The notes beneath the pieces were generated by a model. It was not told the origin of the DNA and made no database searches. It saw only the letters and a list, made by a program, of their open reading frames with translations. From Ignavibacteriota bacterium (GTDB lineage: Bacteria > Bacteroidota > Ignavibacteria > UBA10030 > SZUA-254): a stretch of 64,000 nucleotides of DNA. Where the stretch lies: positions 19,403 through 83,402 of the forward strand of contig JANYJZ010000018.1 in assembly GCA_025358305.1 (NCBI GenBank). The letters are read 5' to 3'. Shown in pieces: positions 1 to 9,275 of this stretch. Each line of letters starts with the position of its first letter. Position 1 is the first letter of the stretch. The translations under genes and the position numbers were made by a program.

Positions 1-1334
1 TAATTTGCGCTGTAACTGATGCCGATGTCCTCGTACCACGCCACCTTCTCGCCGCCCTGCGGCGAGGATCCGGACCGGAACGGGTTGCTTTGGCTGTGGT
101 TGAAGTTGATCGACGGAAGGATCTCGTCGATCCGGCCGTCGCGCAGGTTCTGGCGCCGCCCGAGGCTGAAGGAAATGCTGTTCGGCGTGCCCTCCCACGA
201 CTTCGAGAGCGTCGCATTGGAGGCGATCGACTGATCCAACGCCTGGCGCAGGTCCCGCGTCACGAGGAACGAATTATTACTCGTAAAGGTGAAGTTGACC
301 CCGAGCCGTGTCGTCGGATCGAAGATCTGGCTGTGTGATAGATTGACGTGGTAGGAATTCTCCTCGGTACGCCCGGGGTCCGCATTTTCGCCGGTGTGAA
401 GTTTCTTATACTCGCCCGAGAGTGACCCGGAGTACTCGTACCGGACAGCGTAACGATAATCTGCGTACGCGGCCCATCCCCCCTTCGTGTAGAGGTCGGA
501 CCGGAGGCTGAGGTCCATATAATCGCTCAAGGCGAAGTAGTAGCCGAGATGGCTGAAGAACTTTCCCCTCCGTCCGTCCTCGCCGTATGCGGGAGCGATG
601 ATCCCGGAGCGCCGCCCCCGTTTGTTCGGGAAGACCCCGAACGGGAGCGCGAAGACCGGGACATCCGAGATGTAGAGGTAGACCGGCTCCGCTACGATCT
701 TATCCTGGAACATGATCTTCATCTTCGGGCTTCCGAAGTAGTAATGGGGATTCGGCGCATCGCATGTCGTGAAACGGCCGTCCTCGACGAACAGGACGTC
801 CGTATCGACCTTCTTGATCTCCTCCCCGTGATAGAATCCCTGATCGACCTTCGTGTCGCCGAGGTCAATTTTTCCCCGCTTCGATCGGAAGTTGTAGCCG
901 AGTGCGAAGCCGTGGTACTCCTCGCCGCCGTCCTTCATGACCGGCAAACCGATGTATTTCTTCCCGGTGGAATCTGTGCTGTCCGGAATGCCCGCGGCAT
1001 CCATGGTTGAGGTATTCCAGTTCACCAGGATGGTTTCCGCGTTGAGGTCCATGTCGCGGAACTTGATGTCGCCCTTCTTGTGAAGGGTCATCGTCCTTGA
1101 GGGGATCGAGTAGACGATCGAGTCGACAGCAGTGTAGGTGATGAGCGTGTCCACGCCGGATGGCGCGGTCGAATCCTTCCGGACGGCGGTCGAATCAGTA
1201 GATCCTCTGAGTGAATCTGCGGATACCTTGAGCGAATCTGTGAATACCTTGAGCGAATCCACGGGGAGCGCCCGTTGTGCGAAGACCGAGCCCGACGCGA
1301 GAAATCCGAGGAGGATGAGGGTGCAGAGGCGCAT
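1..1334 (-). CDS. lptD: LPS-assembly outer membrane protein LptD (OstA family), N-terminal part; the gene runs off the 5' edge of the window.
   Basis: Not in the ORF track because it reaches the window edge. Hand translation from the ATG at 1334 (minus strand) gives MRLCTLILLGFLASGSVFAQ..., a signal peptide. It continues with an OstA-like N-domain and motifs FTTCDAPNPHYYFGSPKMKI and VPVFALPFGVFPNKRGRRSGIIAPAYG. These resemble E. coli LptD (STCEPG..., VPVFYLPYFSFP..RRKSGFL.P). There is no stop codon down to position 1. Confidence 0.8.
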   Translation of the reverse strand, partial: MRLCTLILLGFLASGSVFAQRALPVDSLKVFTDSLKVSADSLRGSTDSTAVRKDSTAPSGVDTLITYTAVDSIVYSIPSRTMTLHKKGDIKFRDMDLNAETILVNWNTSTMDAAGIPDSTDSTGKKYIGLPVMKDGGEEYHGFALGYNFRSKRGKIDLGDTKVDQGFYHGEEIKKVDTDVLFVEDGRFTTCDAPNPHYYFGSPKMKIMFQDKIVAEPVYLYISDVPVFALPFGVFPNKRGRRSGIIAPAYGEDGRRGKFFSHLGYYFALSDYMDLSLRSDLYTKGGWAAYADYRYAVRYEYSGSLSGEYKKLHTGENADPGRTEENSYHVNLSHSQIFDPTTRLGVNFTFTSNNSFLVTRDLRQALDQSIASNATLSKSWEGTPNSISFSLGRRQNLRDGRIDEILPSINFNHSQSNPFRSGSSPQGGEKVAWYEDIGISYSAN

Positions 1335-1341
1335 GCGGTCG

Positions 1342-2331
1342 CTAGAGGATGAGCGCCGCCGCGCCGATGATGCCGGCGGTATTACCGAGGCTTGCCCGCA
1401 CGATGCGGACGCCCGCCTTATGCGGCGTGAGGATCCTCGCCTTCACGGATGCTTCGACCGCATTCAAAACGAAATCCGGCGCCGCCGAAATGCCGCCGCC
1501 GATGACGGCGACCCGCACGTCGATGACGTTCATGACCGACGCGAGCGCCACGCCGAGGAGGTCGCCGGCCTCTGCAAAGATCTCGCGCGCAAGTGTGTCC
1601 CCCTGCTGGGCCGCCCGCGCGATGATGACCGGCTCGATCTTCCGGAGATCGCCTCCGACGAGCTCGATGATCTTTGATGGCGCACCTCCGCGCGGCCTCG
1701 TCTCGAGGATCTCTCGGGTCCGGTCGGAGAGATAGCGCTGTCCGATGTAGCTCTCGATGCAGCCTCTATTGCCGCAGCCGCAAAGCCGGCCGCGGTAGTC
1801 GATCGTAACGTGGCCGATCTCCCCCGCCCCGCCGTACGGGCCTGCGTAGATCTTCCGGTCAAGGATGATCCCGCCCCCGACGCCAGTCCCCCATATGACG
1901 AAGAGAAAGTCCTTGAAGTCCTTTCCCGCGCCGTAGTGCGCTTCGGCCATCGCCGCCGCATTGGCATCATTCGCGATCACCACGGTGAGCGAGACGCTTG
2001 AACGGATCGCTGCGGCGAGATCGTACTCTCCCCAGTCCGTGAAGTTCGGGGGATGACGGACGACGCCGTCCTCGCTCGACACGACTCCCGGCGAGCCGAT
2101 GCCAATGCCGAGGCAGTCAGCGATCGGGTGCTTGGTGAGGAGCTCGTTGATGACGCCCGTTATCTGACGAACGACGGCATCCGGGCCTTTCGACGCGGCC
2201 GCGTCCGCGGACGCCTGGGCGAGGATGGCGCCTGTCCCGTCGACGACGCCGGCCTTGACGGTCGTGGCACCGAGGTCGACGCCGATGACGAATGCGCCCG
2301 GACGCATCATCGTTTCTTCCCTTTCCACCAT
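1342..2331 (-). CDS. ROK-family glucokinase / sugar kinase.
   Basis: 329 aa. The N-terminus IGVDLGATTVK matches the ROK/sugar-kinase ATPase fold. The C..CGC..GC zinc motif is present (GRLCGCGNRGCIE). Confidence 0.85.
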   Translation of the reverse strand: MVEREETMMRPGAFVIGVDLGATTVKAGVVDGTGAILAQASADAAASKGPDAVVRQITGVINELLTKHPIADCLGIGIGSPGVVSSEDGVVRHPPNFTDWGEYDLAAAIRSSVSLTVVIANDANAAAMAEAHYGAGKDFKDFLFVIWGTGVGGGIILDRKIYAGPYGGAGEIGHVTIDYRGRLCGCGNRGCIESYIGQRYLSDRTREILETRPRGGAPSKIIELVGGDLRKIEPVIIARAAQQGDTLAREIFAEAGDLLGVALASVMNVIDVRVAVIGGGISAAPDFVLNAVEASVKARILTPHKAGVRIVRASLGNTAGIIGAAALIL

Positions 2332-3641
2332 GCGTGCAGTCTTTCCTTGATCGTCAATTCCATCCCTTCGTCGGACGGATGATAGTAGACCTTTTGTTGC
2401 ATCGAATCCGGCAGGTATTGCTGATCGACAAAATGGCCGGGAAAGTCGTGGCTGTATTTGTACCCCGCGCCATACGACAGCGACTTCATAAGCTCGGTCG
2501 GCGCATTTCGGAGATGAAGGGGCACTTCGGGCGTGAGGCCCTTGCGGACGTCGCCCATGGCGGATTCAATGGACATGTAGGAGGCATTGCTCTTCGGCGC
2601 GGAAGCAAGATAGGTCGCCGCCTGTGCGAGGATGATCCGCGCCTCCGGCATGCCGACGAAATCCACCGCCGAAAAGCAGGTGGTCGCCAGCGTCAGGGCG
2701 TGGGGGTCGGCGTTGCCGACATCCTCCGACGCGAGGATGATCATCCGGCGGGCGATGAATTTCGGATCTTCGCCCCCTTCGAGCATGCGCGCGAGCCAGT
2801 AGACGGCCGCGTCGGGATCGCTTCCCCGCATGCTCTTGATGAACGCCGAGATGATGTTATAGTGTTCTTCCCCGCCCTTGTCATAGTTCGCCGTTCTCCG
2901 CTGAAAGGCGTCGCGTAACGTCTGCCCCGATACGACCGTGCGGCCTTTTGCGTCAGGACGCACGAGCCGGGAAGCCGTTTCGAGACCGTTGAGCATCATG
3001 CGCGCGTCCCCGGAGGCGAGGACCATGAGAAGCGCCCGCTCGGGCTCTGCGATGACGAGTGAACGTTTCGCCATCTCCGGGTCGGCCGCGAGGGCGTGGT
3101 CGAGGATTGCGTTGAGTTCGGGGACGAGGAGCGCATGGAGCGTATAGACTAGGCAGCGCGAAAGGAGCGGGGAGATCACTTCGAATGACGGGTTCTCCGT
3201 CGTAGCGCCGATGAGGGTGAGAATGCCGTCCTCCACGCTGTGGAGAAGGGCGTCCTGCTGGGCCTTGTTGAACCGGTGGATCTCATCGATGAAGAGTATC
3301 GTCTGCGCGTTGAGCTTCCGGTAATGGACTTCCGCGCGCTCGATGACCTTGCGGACCTCCTGGACACCCGATGAGACGGCATTGAGCTGGAAGAACTCCG
3401 CTTGGACCGAACCGGCGATCAACCGGGCAAGGGTCGTCTTGCCGCAGCCGGGCGGTCCCCAAAAGATCATGGACGGGATGGAGGACGATTGGATAAGGAT
3501 GCGCAGTGGCTTCCCCGCGCCGAGAAGATGGTCCTGACCGACGAACTCCGCGATGGCCTTCGGACGCACTCGCTCCGCGAGCGGCACCACAGGGGATTGA
3601 CGTCGTGGATCGCGAAGGGATTGCTGTTCGAAGAGTTCCAT
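2307..3641 (-). CDS. rarA: Replication-associated recombination protein A (RarA/MgsA, AAA+ ATPase).
   Basis: 444 aa. Walker A is GPPGCGKTT, Walker B is [15 protein letters not shown], and the C-terminal MgsA helical domain is present. It overlaps the downstream glucokinase start by 25 nt. Confidence 0.9.
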   Translation of the reverse strand: MELFEQQSLRDPRRQSPVVPLAERVRPKAIAEFVGQDHLLGAGKPLRILIQSSSIPSMIFWGPPGCGKTTLARLIAGSVQAEFFQLNAVSSGVQEVRKVIERAEVHYRKLNAQTILFIDEIHRFNKAQQDALLHSVEDGILTLIGATTENPSFEVISPLLSRCLVYTLHALLVPELNAILDHALAADPEMAKRSLVIAEPERALLMVLASGDARMMLNGLETASRLVRPDAKGRTVVSGQTLRDAFQRRTANYDKGGEEHYNIISAFIKSMRGSDPDAAVYWLARMLEGGEDPKFIARRMIILASEDVGNADPHALTLATTCFSAVDFVGMPEARIILAQAATYLASAPKSNASYMSIESAMGDVRKGLTPEVPLHLRNAPTELMKSLSYGAGYKYSHDFPGHFVDQQYLPDSMQQKVYYHPSDEGMELTIKERLHAWWKGKKR

Positions 3642-3717
3642 GGGTGCGTGTGCGAGGCTTGGTGGACCTACCGCTGCCCGGTTCAGTACGAGGGGCGAAC
3701 CTGACGTCCGGGTAGCA

Positions 3718-4062
3718 TCACTTGTCCTTCTTCACTTTGTAGACCGTCTCCCCTTCCCGAACCATGCCATAGCGTTCCCGGGCGACCTTCTCGATCGCGC
3801 GCGTGTCATGGTCCAGGTCTTTGGAAAGGTGCTGGAGGCGAACCTGTTCCTGCTGGGCCTCGACGATCTTCTGCTGCATCATTTCCTTCTCAGAGGCGAG
3901 GCTGAGGCGCTTCATCACGCCTCGGTTACTCAGCATGATGAACGACAGGGCGGGTACGGTCACAAGGACCGTCAACAGAAGGGTCTTGTTGCTCGAGACC
4001 TTCTTCAGGGATGCGGGGATCCTGAACTTCGATCTTGCTTTTCGGTAGTATTGGCCGTCCAT
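3718..4062 (-). CDS. ftsB: Septum formation initiator (FtsB/DivIC family) cell-division protein.
   Basis: 114 aa with a single N-terminal TM segment followed by a coiled coil (QQKIVEAQQEQVRLQHLSKDL). It is positioned directly upstream of ddl. Confidence 0.7.
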   Translation of the reverse strand: MDGQYYRKARSKFRIPASLKKVSSNKTLLLTVLVTVPALSFIMLSNRGVMKRLSLASEKEMMQQKIVEAQQEQVRLQHLSKDLDHDTRAIEKVARERYGMVREGETVYKVKKDK

Positions 4063-4115
4063 GGCCCTTAATGTACGAGATTTTCGCTCAATTACAAATC
4101 AGCGCGAAGCGATGC

Positions 4116-5270
4116 TCATGATGCGAACCAATTGGATTTCGGGCGGAAGCCGCGCTTGAGCCTCAGGTTCGTCCGATGGCGCTCAAGCGCGAGCGCGATG
4201 AGCCGGTCGAGCAGCCGGGAATACGGGATCCCCGAAGCTTCCCACAGTTTGGGATACATGCTGATGGAAGTGAACCCGGGGATAGTATTGATCTCATTAA
4301 AGTAGACCGCATTGCTTCTCTTCGTTACGAGAAAATCCACGCGCGCCATCCCGGCGCCGTCGATCGCGCGATAACTCCTGACGGCGCAATCCATGACGCG
4401 ACGACTCACCGCCCGCGGCAATGCGGCAGGAATGACGGCCCGCGACTTGCCGTCGACGTACTTGGCATCGTAATCGTAGAATTCGTTCGACGAGATGATC
4501 TCGCCCGGGACCGAGGCGACAGGCTCATCATTGCCCAGGACGCTCACTTCGATCTCGCGGGATCTCTCGATCCCGCGCTCGATAAGGATCTTCCGGTCGT
4601 ACGCGCCGGCGAGGGCGATGGCCGCGATGAGCTCCTTCCTGTTGTGCGCCTTTGAAATACCGACGCTCGAACCAGAGTTCGACGGCTTCACGAACGCAGG
4701 ATAGCCGAGACGCTGCTCGATGAGCGGGACCATGGCCCGCATCTTCCTTCCCGCCCGGTCGTTGACGAACCAGAGGTAGGGTGCGACTGGTATGCCGGCG
4801 TGCTCACAGAGCTGTTTTGTGACGATCTTGTCCATGCCGACCGCTGACCCAAGGACGCCGGCGCCGACGTACGGGATCCCGGCGAGTTCGAGCAGGCCTT
4901 GGATCGTCCCGTCCTCGCCGAACGTCCCGTGGAGTACAGGGAAAACAACATCGAGCTTCTGGCGCCGGCCGGCACGCCGAGATCCGTGTACGGGCGATAG
5001 TCCCGGCATGGAGGGATCGGCCGTGAGCGTGCAGGCGGGGAGATGGCCCATCGGAGCGCGACGTTTCATGAGTGCCAGGACCTGCGGACCGCTCACCCAG
5101 GTGCCGCTCGGCGTGATGCCGATGGGGATGATCTCATATTTTCGCTTATCGAGGGCCTTGATGATCGACGCGGCCGAGACGAGCGAGACCTCATGCTCCG
5201 CCGAGCGTCCCCCAAAGATGACCCCGACGCGGATCTTTTTCTGCGCACGTGATTTCTTCTTGGTGCTCAT
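4116..5270 (-). CDS. ddl: D-alanine--D-alanine ligase.
   Basis: 384 aa. The N-terminus [18 protein letters not shown] and the ATP-grasp C-terminus (MARVDFLV...[12 protein letters not shown]) are characteristic of Ddl. Confidence 0.9.
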   Translation of the reverse strand: MSTKKKSRAQKKIRVGVIFGGRSAEHEVSLVSAASIIKALDKRKYEIIPIGITPSGTWVSGPQVLALMKRRAPMGHLPACTLTADPSMPGLSPVHGSRRAGRRQKLDVVFPVLHGTFGEDGTIQGLLELAGIPYVGAGVLGSAVGMDKIVTKQLCEHAGIPVAPYLWFVNDRAGRKMRAMVPLIEQRLGYPAFVKPSNSGSSVGISKAHNRKELIAAIALAGAYDRKILIERGIERSREIEVSVLGNDEPVASVPGEIISSNEFYDYDAKYVDGKSRAVIPAALPRAVSRRVMDCAVRSYRAIDGAGMARVDFLVTKRSNAVYFNEINTIPGFTSISMYPKLWEASGIPYSRLLDRLIALALERHRTNLRLKRGFRPKSNWFAS

Positions 5271-5276
5271 GTGATA

Positions 5277-6035
5277 TCAGGACCTGATCATGTGTCGGAT
5301 GGCCGAAAGGAGATCGGCGTTCGAAGGCGCCTCGACCTCGCGCGCACGGGCGGGATCGGCCGGGAGGCAGGCGTTGCCTTCCGGAACCTGTTTCCCATAC
5401 GCAGCCAGGCTCACCGCCTTGAGCTTGTTCAATTGTTCGGCCGTAAGCTTCTCCTCGCCTCCCAGGATGCGCGCAAGCAAAAGGATGTGCGCGGCATGTT
5501 CGACCTTCTCCATCTTGTCGTATGCCTCGTTAAGGTCGCGGCCGTATGTCACCACGCCGTGGTTCTTCAGGAGTATGGCCGTGGCCGACTTCACGAACGG
5601 CGCGAGCGAGGCGGCGACTTCGGGTGTGGACGGAGTCGCATACTCCGCCAGGGGGATCGCGCCAAGGCCGACGATCACTTCCGGGAACACGCAGCCGTCC
5701 AGGCCCAGGCCCGCGACCGCGAATGCCGTGGCGTAGGGAGGATGGGCGTGCACGACTGCTCCTATGTCGGTACGCTCTTGGTAGATGAAGAGATGCATGC
5801 CCAACTCGCTCGAAGGCTTGAGAGGGGACGACACCGGCTCCCCCATAGCGTTCACCTCCACGATGTCGTTTGCGGTCGTCAGGGCCTTATTGAGCGCTGT
5901 CCGGGTCGAGAGGAAGTTCCCGTTTCCGAGACGAGCGGTGACGTTGCCGTCGGTGGCGGCGACAAGGCCTTTGGCGGAAAGTCGGCGGGAGACATCCACT
6001 ATCTCACGGATCAGATCGGCTCGCCGGTCGGACAT
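5277..6035 (-). CDS. Class II aldolase/adducin-family protein (fuculose-phosphate aldolase / MtnB-like).
   Basis: 252 aa. It carries the HxH metal-binding signature VVHAHPPYATAF and the class II aldolase fold pattern (GNVTAR...). The specific function is not resolvable from sequence alone. Confidence 0.7.
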   Translation of the reverse strand: MSDRRADLIREIVDVSRRLSAKGLVAATDGNVTARLGNGNFLSTRTALNKALTTANDIVEVNAMGEPVSSPLKPSSELGMHLFIYQERTDIGAVVHAHPPYATAFAVAGLGLDGCVFPEVIVGLGAIPLAEYATPSTPEVAASLAPFVKSATAILLKNHGVVTYGRDLNEAYDKMEKVEHAAHILLLARILGGEEKLTAEQLNKLKAVSLAAYGKQVPEGNACLPADPARAREVEAPSNADLLSAIRHMIRS

Positions 6036-6037
6036 GC

Positions 6038-7867
6038 TCAGAGGGCGCTCAAGATGTCATCGATGACGTGGTATTTCTGGAACGGCGGCATGAGATACAT
6101 GCCGGCCACTGCAGGCTTCGCTTCCTTGAGGAAGTCCACGGAGAGCTGGACGCCCACTTTGACGGCGTCCTTCCCTGACGTCCGCATGATCTCCCGGAAC
6201 TTCTCCGGTATCCGCATTCCCGGGACCTCGTTGTGGAGGAAGTCCGCGTGCTTGAAACTTCGCAGCGGAATGATGCCGAGCATGAGAGGAACCTTCAGAT
6301 GCTCGATCTTCTTCAGGAACGTCTCGAGCGTCTTCATCTCGAAAAGGGGCTGCGTGAAGAGGATATTCGCGCCCGCCTCGACCTTCCGCGTCGTTTTCTC
6401 CACTTCCGCCTCGAGGTTGTCGGCGCAGGGATTGGCGGCGCAGGCAATGAGGAACGACGTCGGCGCGCCAATGGAGTTGCCCATGATGTCCGTGCCCTGG
6501 TTCATGGAATGGATCGCTCGGATGAGGCCGGAAGAGTCGACGTCATAGACGGAATTGGCGTGCGGATAATCCCCAATGCCCGCGGGATCCCCCGTGATGC
6601 AAAGGACGTTACGCACCCCGAGGGCGTAGGCGCCGAGAAGTTCCGCCTGGAGCCCGATGAGGTTCCGGTCCCGAGTGGCGAGGTGCATCATGCTCTCGAT
6701 GCCGACGCGCTGCTGCACCTGGGCCGAAATGGCGATCGAGCTCATCCGGAGCCGGGCGCGGGCTCCGTCGGTGATATTCACCGCATCGATCTTCCGCTCG
6801 TAGCAATACTGTGCCCCTTCGAAGACCGCCGTCATGTCGAGGCCGCGCGGGATGTCTAACTCCACAGTCATGAGGAACTTCTTCCCGATATTGCGGGAGA
6901 AGTTCGACCACCGAGTTGGTTCGATGTAATACCGCGTTTCAGGCGATGCAGCGACAGAAGCCGAGGATCGTTCCTCCTTTTTCATCGCGGGCTTGCCGAC
7001 GCTCATGCCTCTCACGGCATTCGCGATGGCCCGAATATGCGCCGGCGTCGATCCGCAGCACGCACCGACGAGCGTGACGCCCGATCCGACGAGCTCGCGT
7101 GCATACGCTCCCAGATACTCCGGCGTCGTATGGTAGATCGATCGGCCGTTGAGGAGCGTCGGAATGCCGGCAGCCGGCTGCGCCGAGAGGATGATCCCGT
7201 CCTTATGAAGGTTCCGGATGATGCTGAACATGCGTTGAGGTCCGACCGTGCAGTTCGCGCCCACGATCTCGGCCCCCTGTTCGATGAGGTGCTCGATGAC
7301 CTGGATCGGGAACGAGCCGCTAAGGATCGCACCGTCCTCTGCGAATGCTTTCTGGGCCACGATGGGGAGGTCAGTGAGCTCCTTCACCGCGGCGAGAGCC
7401 TCGTCGAGTTCCTGGACGCTGACGAAGGTCTCGAGCATGATAAGGTCCACGCCGGCCTCGAGAAGGACCTCCGCCTGCTCCCGAAAAGCGTCGCGTGCCT
7501 GCTGGCGCCGGATCTTGCCGATGGGCTCCAGAAGCATCCCGGTGGGACCCATGGCTCCGGCGACGTAAACGTCGTCCCCCGCCGCCCTGCGGGCGATCTC
7601 CACTCCGCGGAGGTTCATCTCGCGAAGCTTGTCTTCGAGGTGGAATTGGGTAAGGCGAAGTCGGTTGCACGAGAACGTATTCGACTCGATGATCTCGGAG
7701 CCCGCATCGATATACTCCCGGTGAAGGCGCTCGATTATCTCCGGATTCTTCAGGTTCTGGATCTCATGGGGGAGCTCCTCGAACCCCTGAAGGTCGAGCA
7801 ACGTACCCATCGCACCGTCACAGACGATCGGGCCTTCCTTAATGCGTTCGCGGAATGGTTTCTTCAT
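6038..7867 (-). CDS. Bifunctional homocysteine S-methyltransferase / 5,10-methylenetetrahydrofolate reductase fusion protein.
   Basis: 609 aa. The N-terminal roughly 300 aa carry homocysteine-binding (S-methyltransferase) domain motifs (CDGAMGT..., GANCTVGP, ...GACCGSTP). The C-terminal roughly 290 aa are MetF-like (MTVELDIPRG..., ITDGARAR..., LCITGDP). The start is at ATG 7865-7867. Confidence 0.85.
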   Translation of the reverse strand: MKKPFRERIKEGPIVCDGAMGTLLDLQGFEELPHEIQNLKNPEIIERLHREYIDAGSEIIESNTFSCNRLRLTQFHLEDKLREMNLRGVEIARRAAGDDVYVAGAMGPTGMLLEPIGKIRRQQARDAFREQAEVLLEAGVDLIMLETFVSVQELDEALAAVKELTDLPIVAQKAFAEDGAILSGSFPIQVIEHLIEQGAEIVGANCTVGPQRMFSIIRNLHKDGIILSAQPAAGIPTLLNGRSIYHTTPEYLGAYARELVGSGVTLVGACCGSTPAHIRAIANAVRGMSVGKPAMKKEERSSASVAASPETRYYIEPTRWSNFSRNIGKKFLMTVELDIPRGLDMTAVFEGAQYCYERKIDAVNITDGARARLRMSSIAISAQVQQRVGIESMMHLATRDRNLIGLQAELLGAYALGVRNVLCITGDPAGIGDYPHANSVYDVDSSGLIRAIHSMNQGTDIMGNSIGAPTSFLIACAANPCADNLEAEVEKTTRKVEAGANILFTQPLFEMKTLETFLKKIEHLKVPLMLGIIPLRSFKHADFLHNEVPGMRIPEKFREIMRTSGKDAVKVGVQLSVDFLKEAKPAVAGMYLMPPFQKYHVIDDILSAL

Positions 7868-7881
7868 GATCCCTTGGCGAT

Positions 7882-7912
7882 AAAAAAAATCCCGTTATAC
7901 GGGATAACGGGA
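7882..7912 (-). terminator. Rho-independent terminator (9-bp stem UCCCGUUAU/AUAACGGGA, 5-nt loop, followed by U8 on the minus strand), 16 nt upstream of the start codon of the fused methionine-synthesis gene.
   Basis: On the plus strand this reads aaaaaaaa-tcccgttat-acggg-ataacggga; on the minus strand it is a hairpin followed by UUUUUUUU. It lies downstream of the tlpA-like stop at 8112. Confidence 0.75.
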
Positions 7913-8111
7913 GTAAAATACCAAATACAGCATAGATTTCCAAACGGAGGGTGTTGTACCGCATCGGCATACGCTGAAACGCTCCTCAGGGTCAGGGAGG
8001 GCCGACTTGTGCCATTGCGCTCGAACGTCTCCGCAACTCAGGAGGACCGGATGGCCTACATCGGCAGCTGCGGAGCGCCGGACGGGGGCGGCCTAGCCGG
8101 TACACGCGGGG

Positions 8112-8639
8112 TCACCGCGCTTGCTGCAAAAGCGGAAGAAGTGCGTTCTTGAAACGATCATAACTCTTTTCCCCGACGAACATTGCTCGGCGATCACCTT
8201 TCCGATCGAAGAGGAAGGTCGCTGGTATCGCTCCCCCCCAATCCTTGCCGAGACCGTTGATAAACACCTCTTCGGAAGTGTCGCGTTCGATGTAGGTGAC
8301 AAAATCGACGCCGAGCGTATCGAGCACCGGCTGTACGGCACTCATGAGAAGGTCCGGATCGTCGGAAGAGACGATAATGAGCTTCAACCCGCTGCTGTCG
8401 TACTCGCGACGGAGCTTCAGGAGGCTCGGCAGTTCGACACGGCATGGGACGCACCATGTCGCCCAAACGGTCACCATGACGACGCTCCCGGAATCGCGGC
8501 GGATCAGATCGTTGAGTCCCGCCGCGGTGACGCCTTCAATCGGCGGGAGAACCCTCGCGCGCGGTTGTGAGGCCGCGAACGAGTGGAGTGCAAGAATGGG
8601 GCAGAGAAGCAGTGCGGCCCGAAGAGAACGTTTCCTCAC
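8112..8639 (-). CDS. TlpA/ResA-like periplasmic thiol-disulfide oxidoreductase (thioredoxin fold, CVPC active site).
   Basis: 175 aa with a signal peptide (MRKRSLRAALLLCPILALHSFAA) and the WATWCVPCRVELP CxxC motif. Confidence 0.85.
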   Translation of the reverse strand: MRKRSLRAALLLCPILALHSFAASQPRARVLPPIEGVTAAGLNDLIRRDSGSVVMVTVWATWCVPCRVELPSLLKLRREYDSSGLKLIIVSSDDPDLLMSAVQPVLDTLGVDFVTYIERDTSEEVFINGLGKDWGGAIPATFLFDRKGDRRAMFVGEKSYDRFKNALLPLLQQAR

Positions 8640-9217
8640 TCGCCGATTCGCTTGATCGAGCAGCCGATAGCCTTCGTTTGCGCAACGGTCACATTCTTAC
8701 CCGCGAGAAGTGCGTCAAGGGCGTTCGCCAGATCGCTCGACTGGACCTTTTCCTCCTTTTTACTGTCGTCGATCCTGCCATGGTAAAGGAGTTTCCCCTT
8801 CTGGTTCACGACGTACACTTCCGGCGTGGACTGAGCGCCGTACGCGTCGGCGATGACGTTCTTCTCGTCTTTCAGCACCGGAAAGGTGAACCCCTTGTCC
8901 TTTGCGTGCGCGGCGATGTCGGCGACAAGCTCTTCCTTATTCGCATTGATACCGGCGAACGCGATGCCCTTCTTCCCGTATGACTCGAAGAGCTTCTCCA
9001 TACGGCCGTTGTATGCGTTGGAGACGGGACACTGCGTGGAGATGAACATGATGACGGCGTACTTGTTCTGCTTGAGCATGGCGCTCAGTGAAACAGCTTT
9101 GCCATCATAGTTCTTCAGGTCGAACTGCGGCGCATTGTCGCCCGTCTTCAACTCTTTAAGCTCGCCCGCGAACGCGGCAAGAGAGAATGCGAGGACCAAC
9201 GTCAGAAGATACTTCAT
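8636..9217 (-). CDS. Redoxin/AhpC-TSA family thioredoxin-like protein (CxxS variant), secreted.
   Basis: The start was re-anchored to the ATG at 9217 (MKYLLTLVLAFSLAAFA, a signal peptide). The ORF-track N-extension is Arg/Ser-rich and judged spurious. The motif is FISTQCPVS. The stop overlaps the upstream tlpA-like start by 4 nt. Confidence 0.75.
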   Translation of the reverse strand: MKYLLTLVLAFSLAAFAGELKELKTGDNAPQFDLKNYDGKAVSLSAMLKQNKYAVIMFISTQCPVSNAYNGRMEKLFESYGKKGIAFAGINANKEELVADIAAHAKDKGFTFPVLKDEKNVIADAYGAQSTPEVYVVNQKGKLLYHGRIDDSKKEEKVQSSDLANALDALLAGKNVTVAQTKAIGCSIKRIGE

Positions 9218-9275
9218 ACGATACCCCTTTCGATAAGTGGATGTGCGATGCTTCAATACTTGTGCCGGCGCCCGC

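Noticed and set aside
7868-8111. SAM-I riboswitch upstream of the methionine-synthesis fusion gene.
   Set aside because: I looked for the SAM-I core (GAGGGA / CUGGCCC / CCCGGCAACC, kink-turn) by eye and could not find it. The region is kept only as an unclassified terminator-containing leader.
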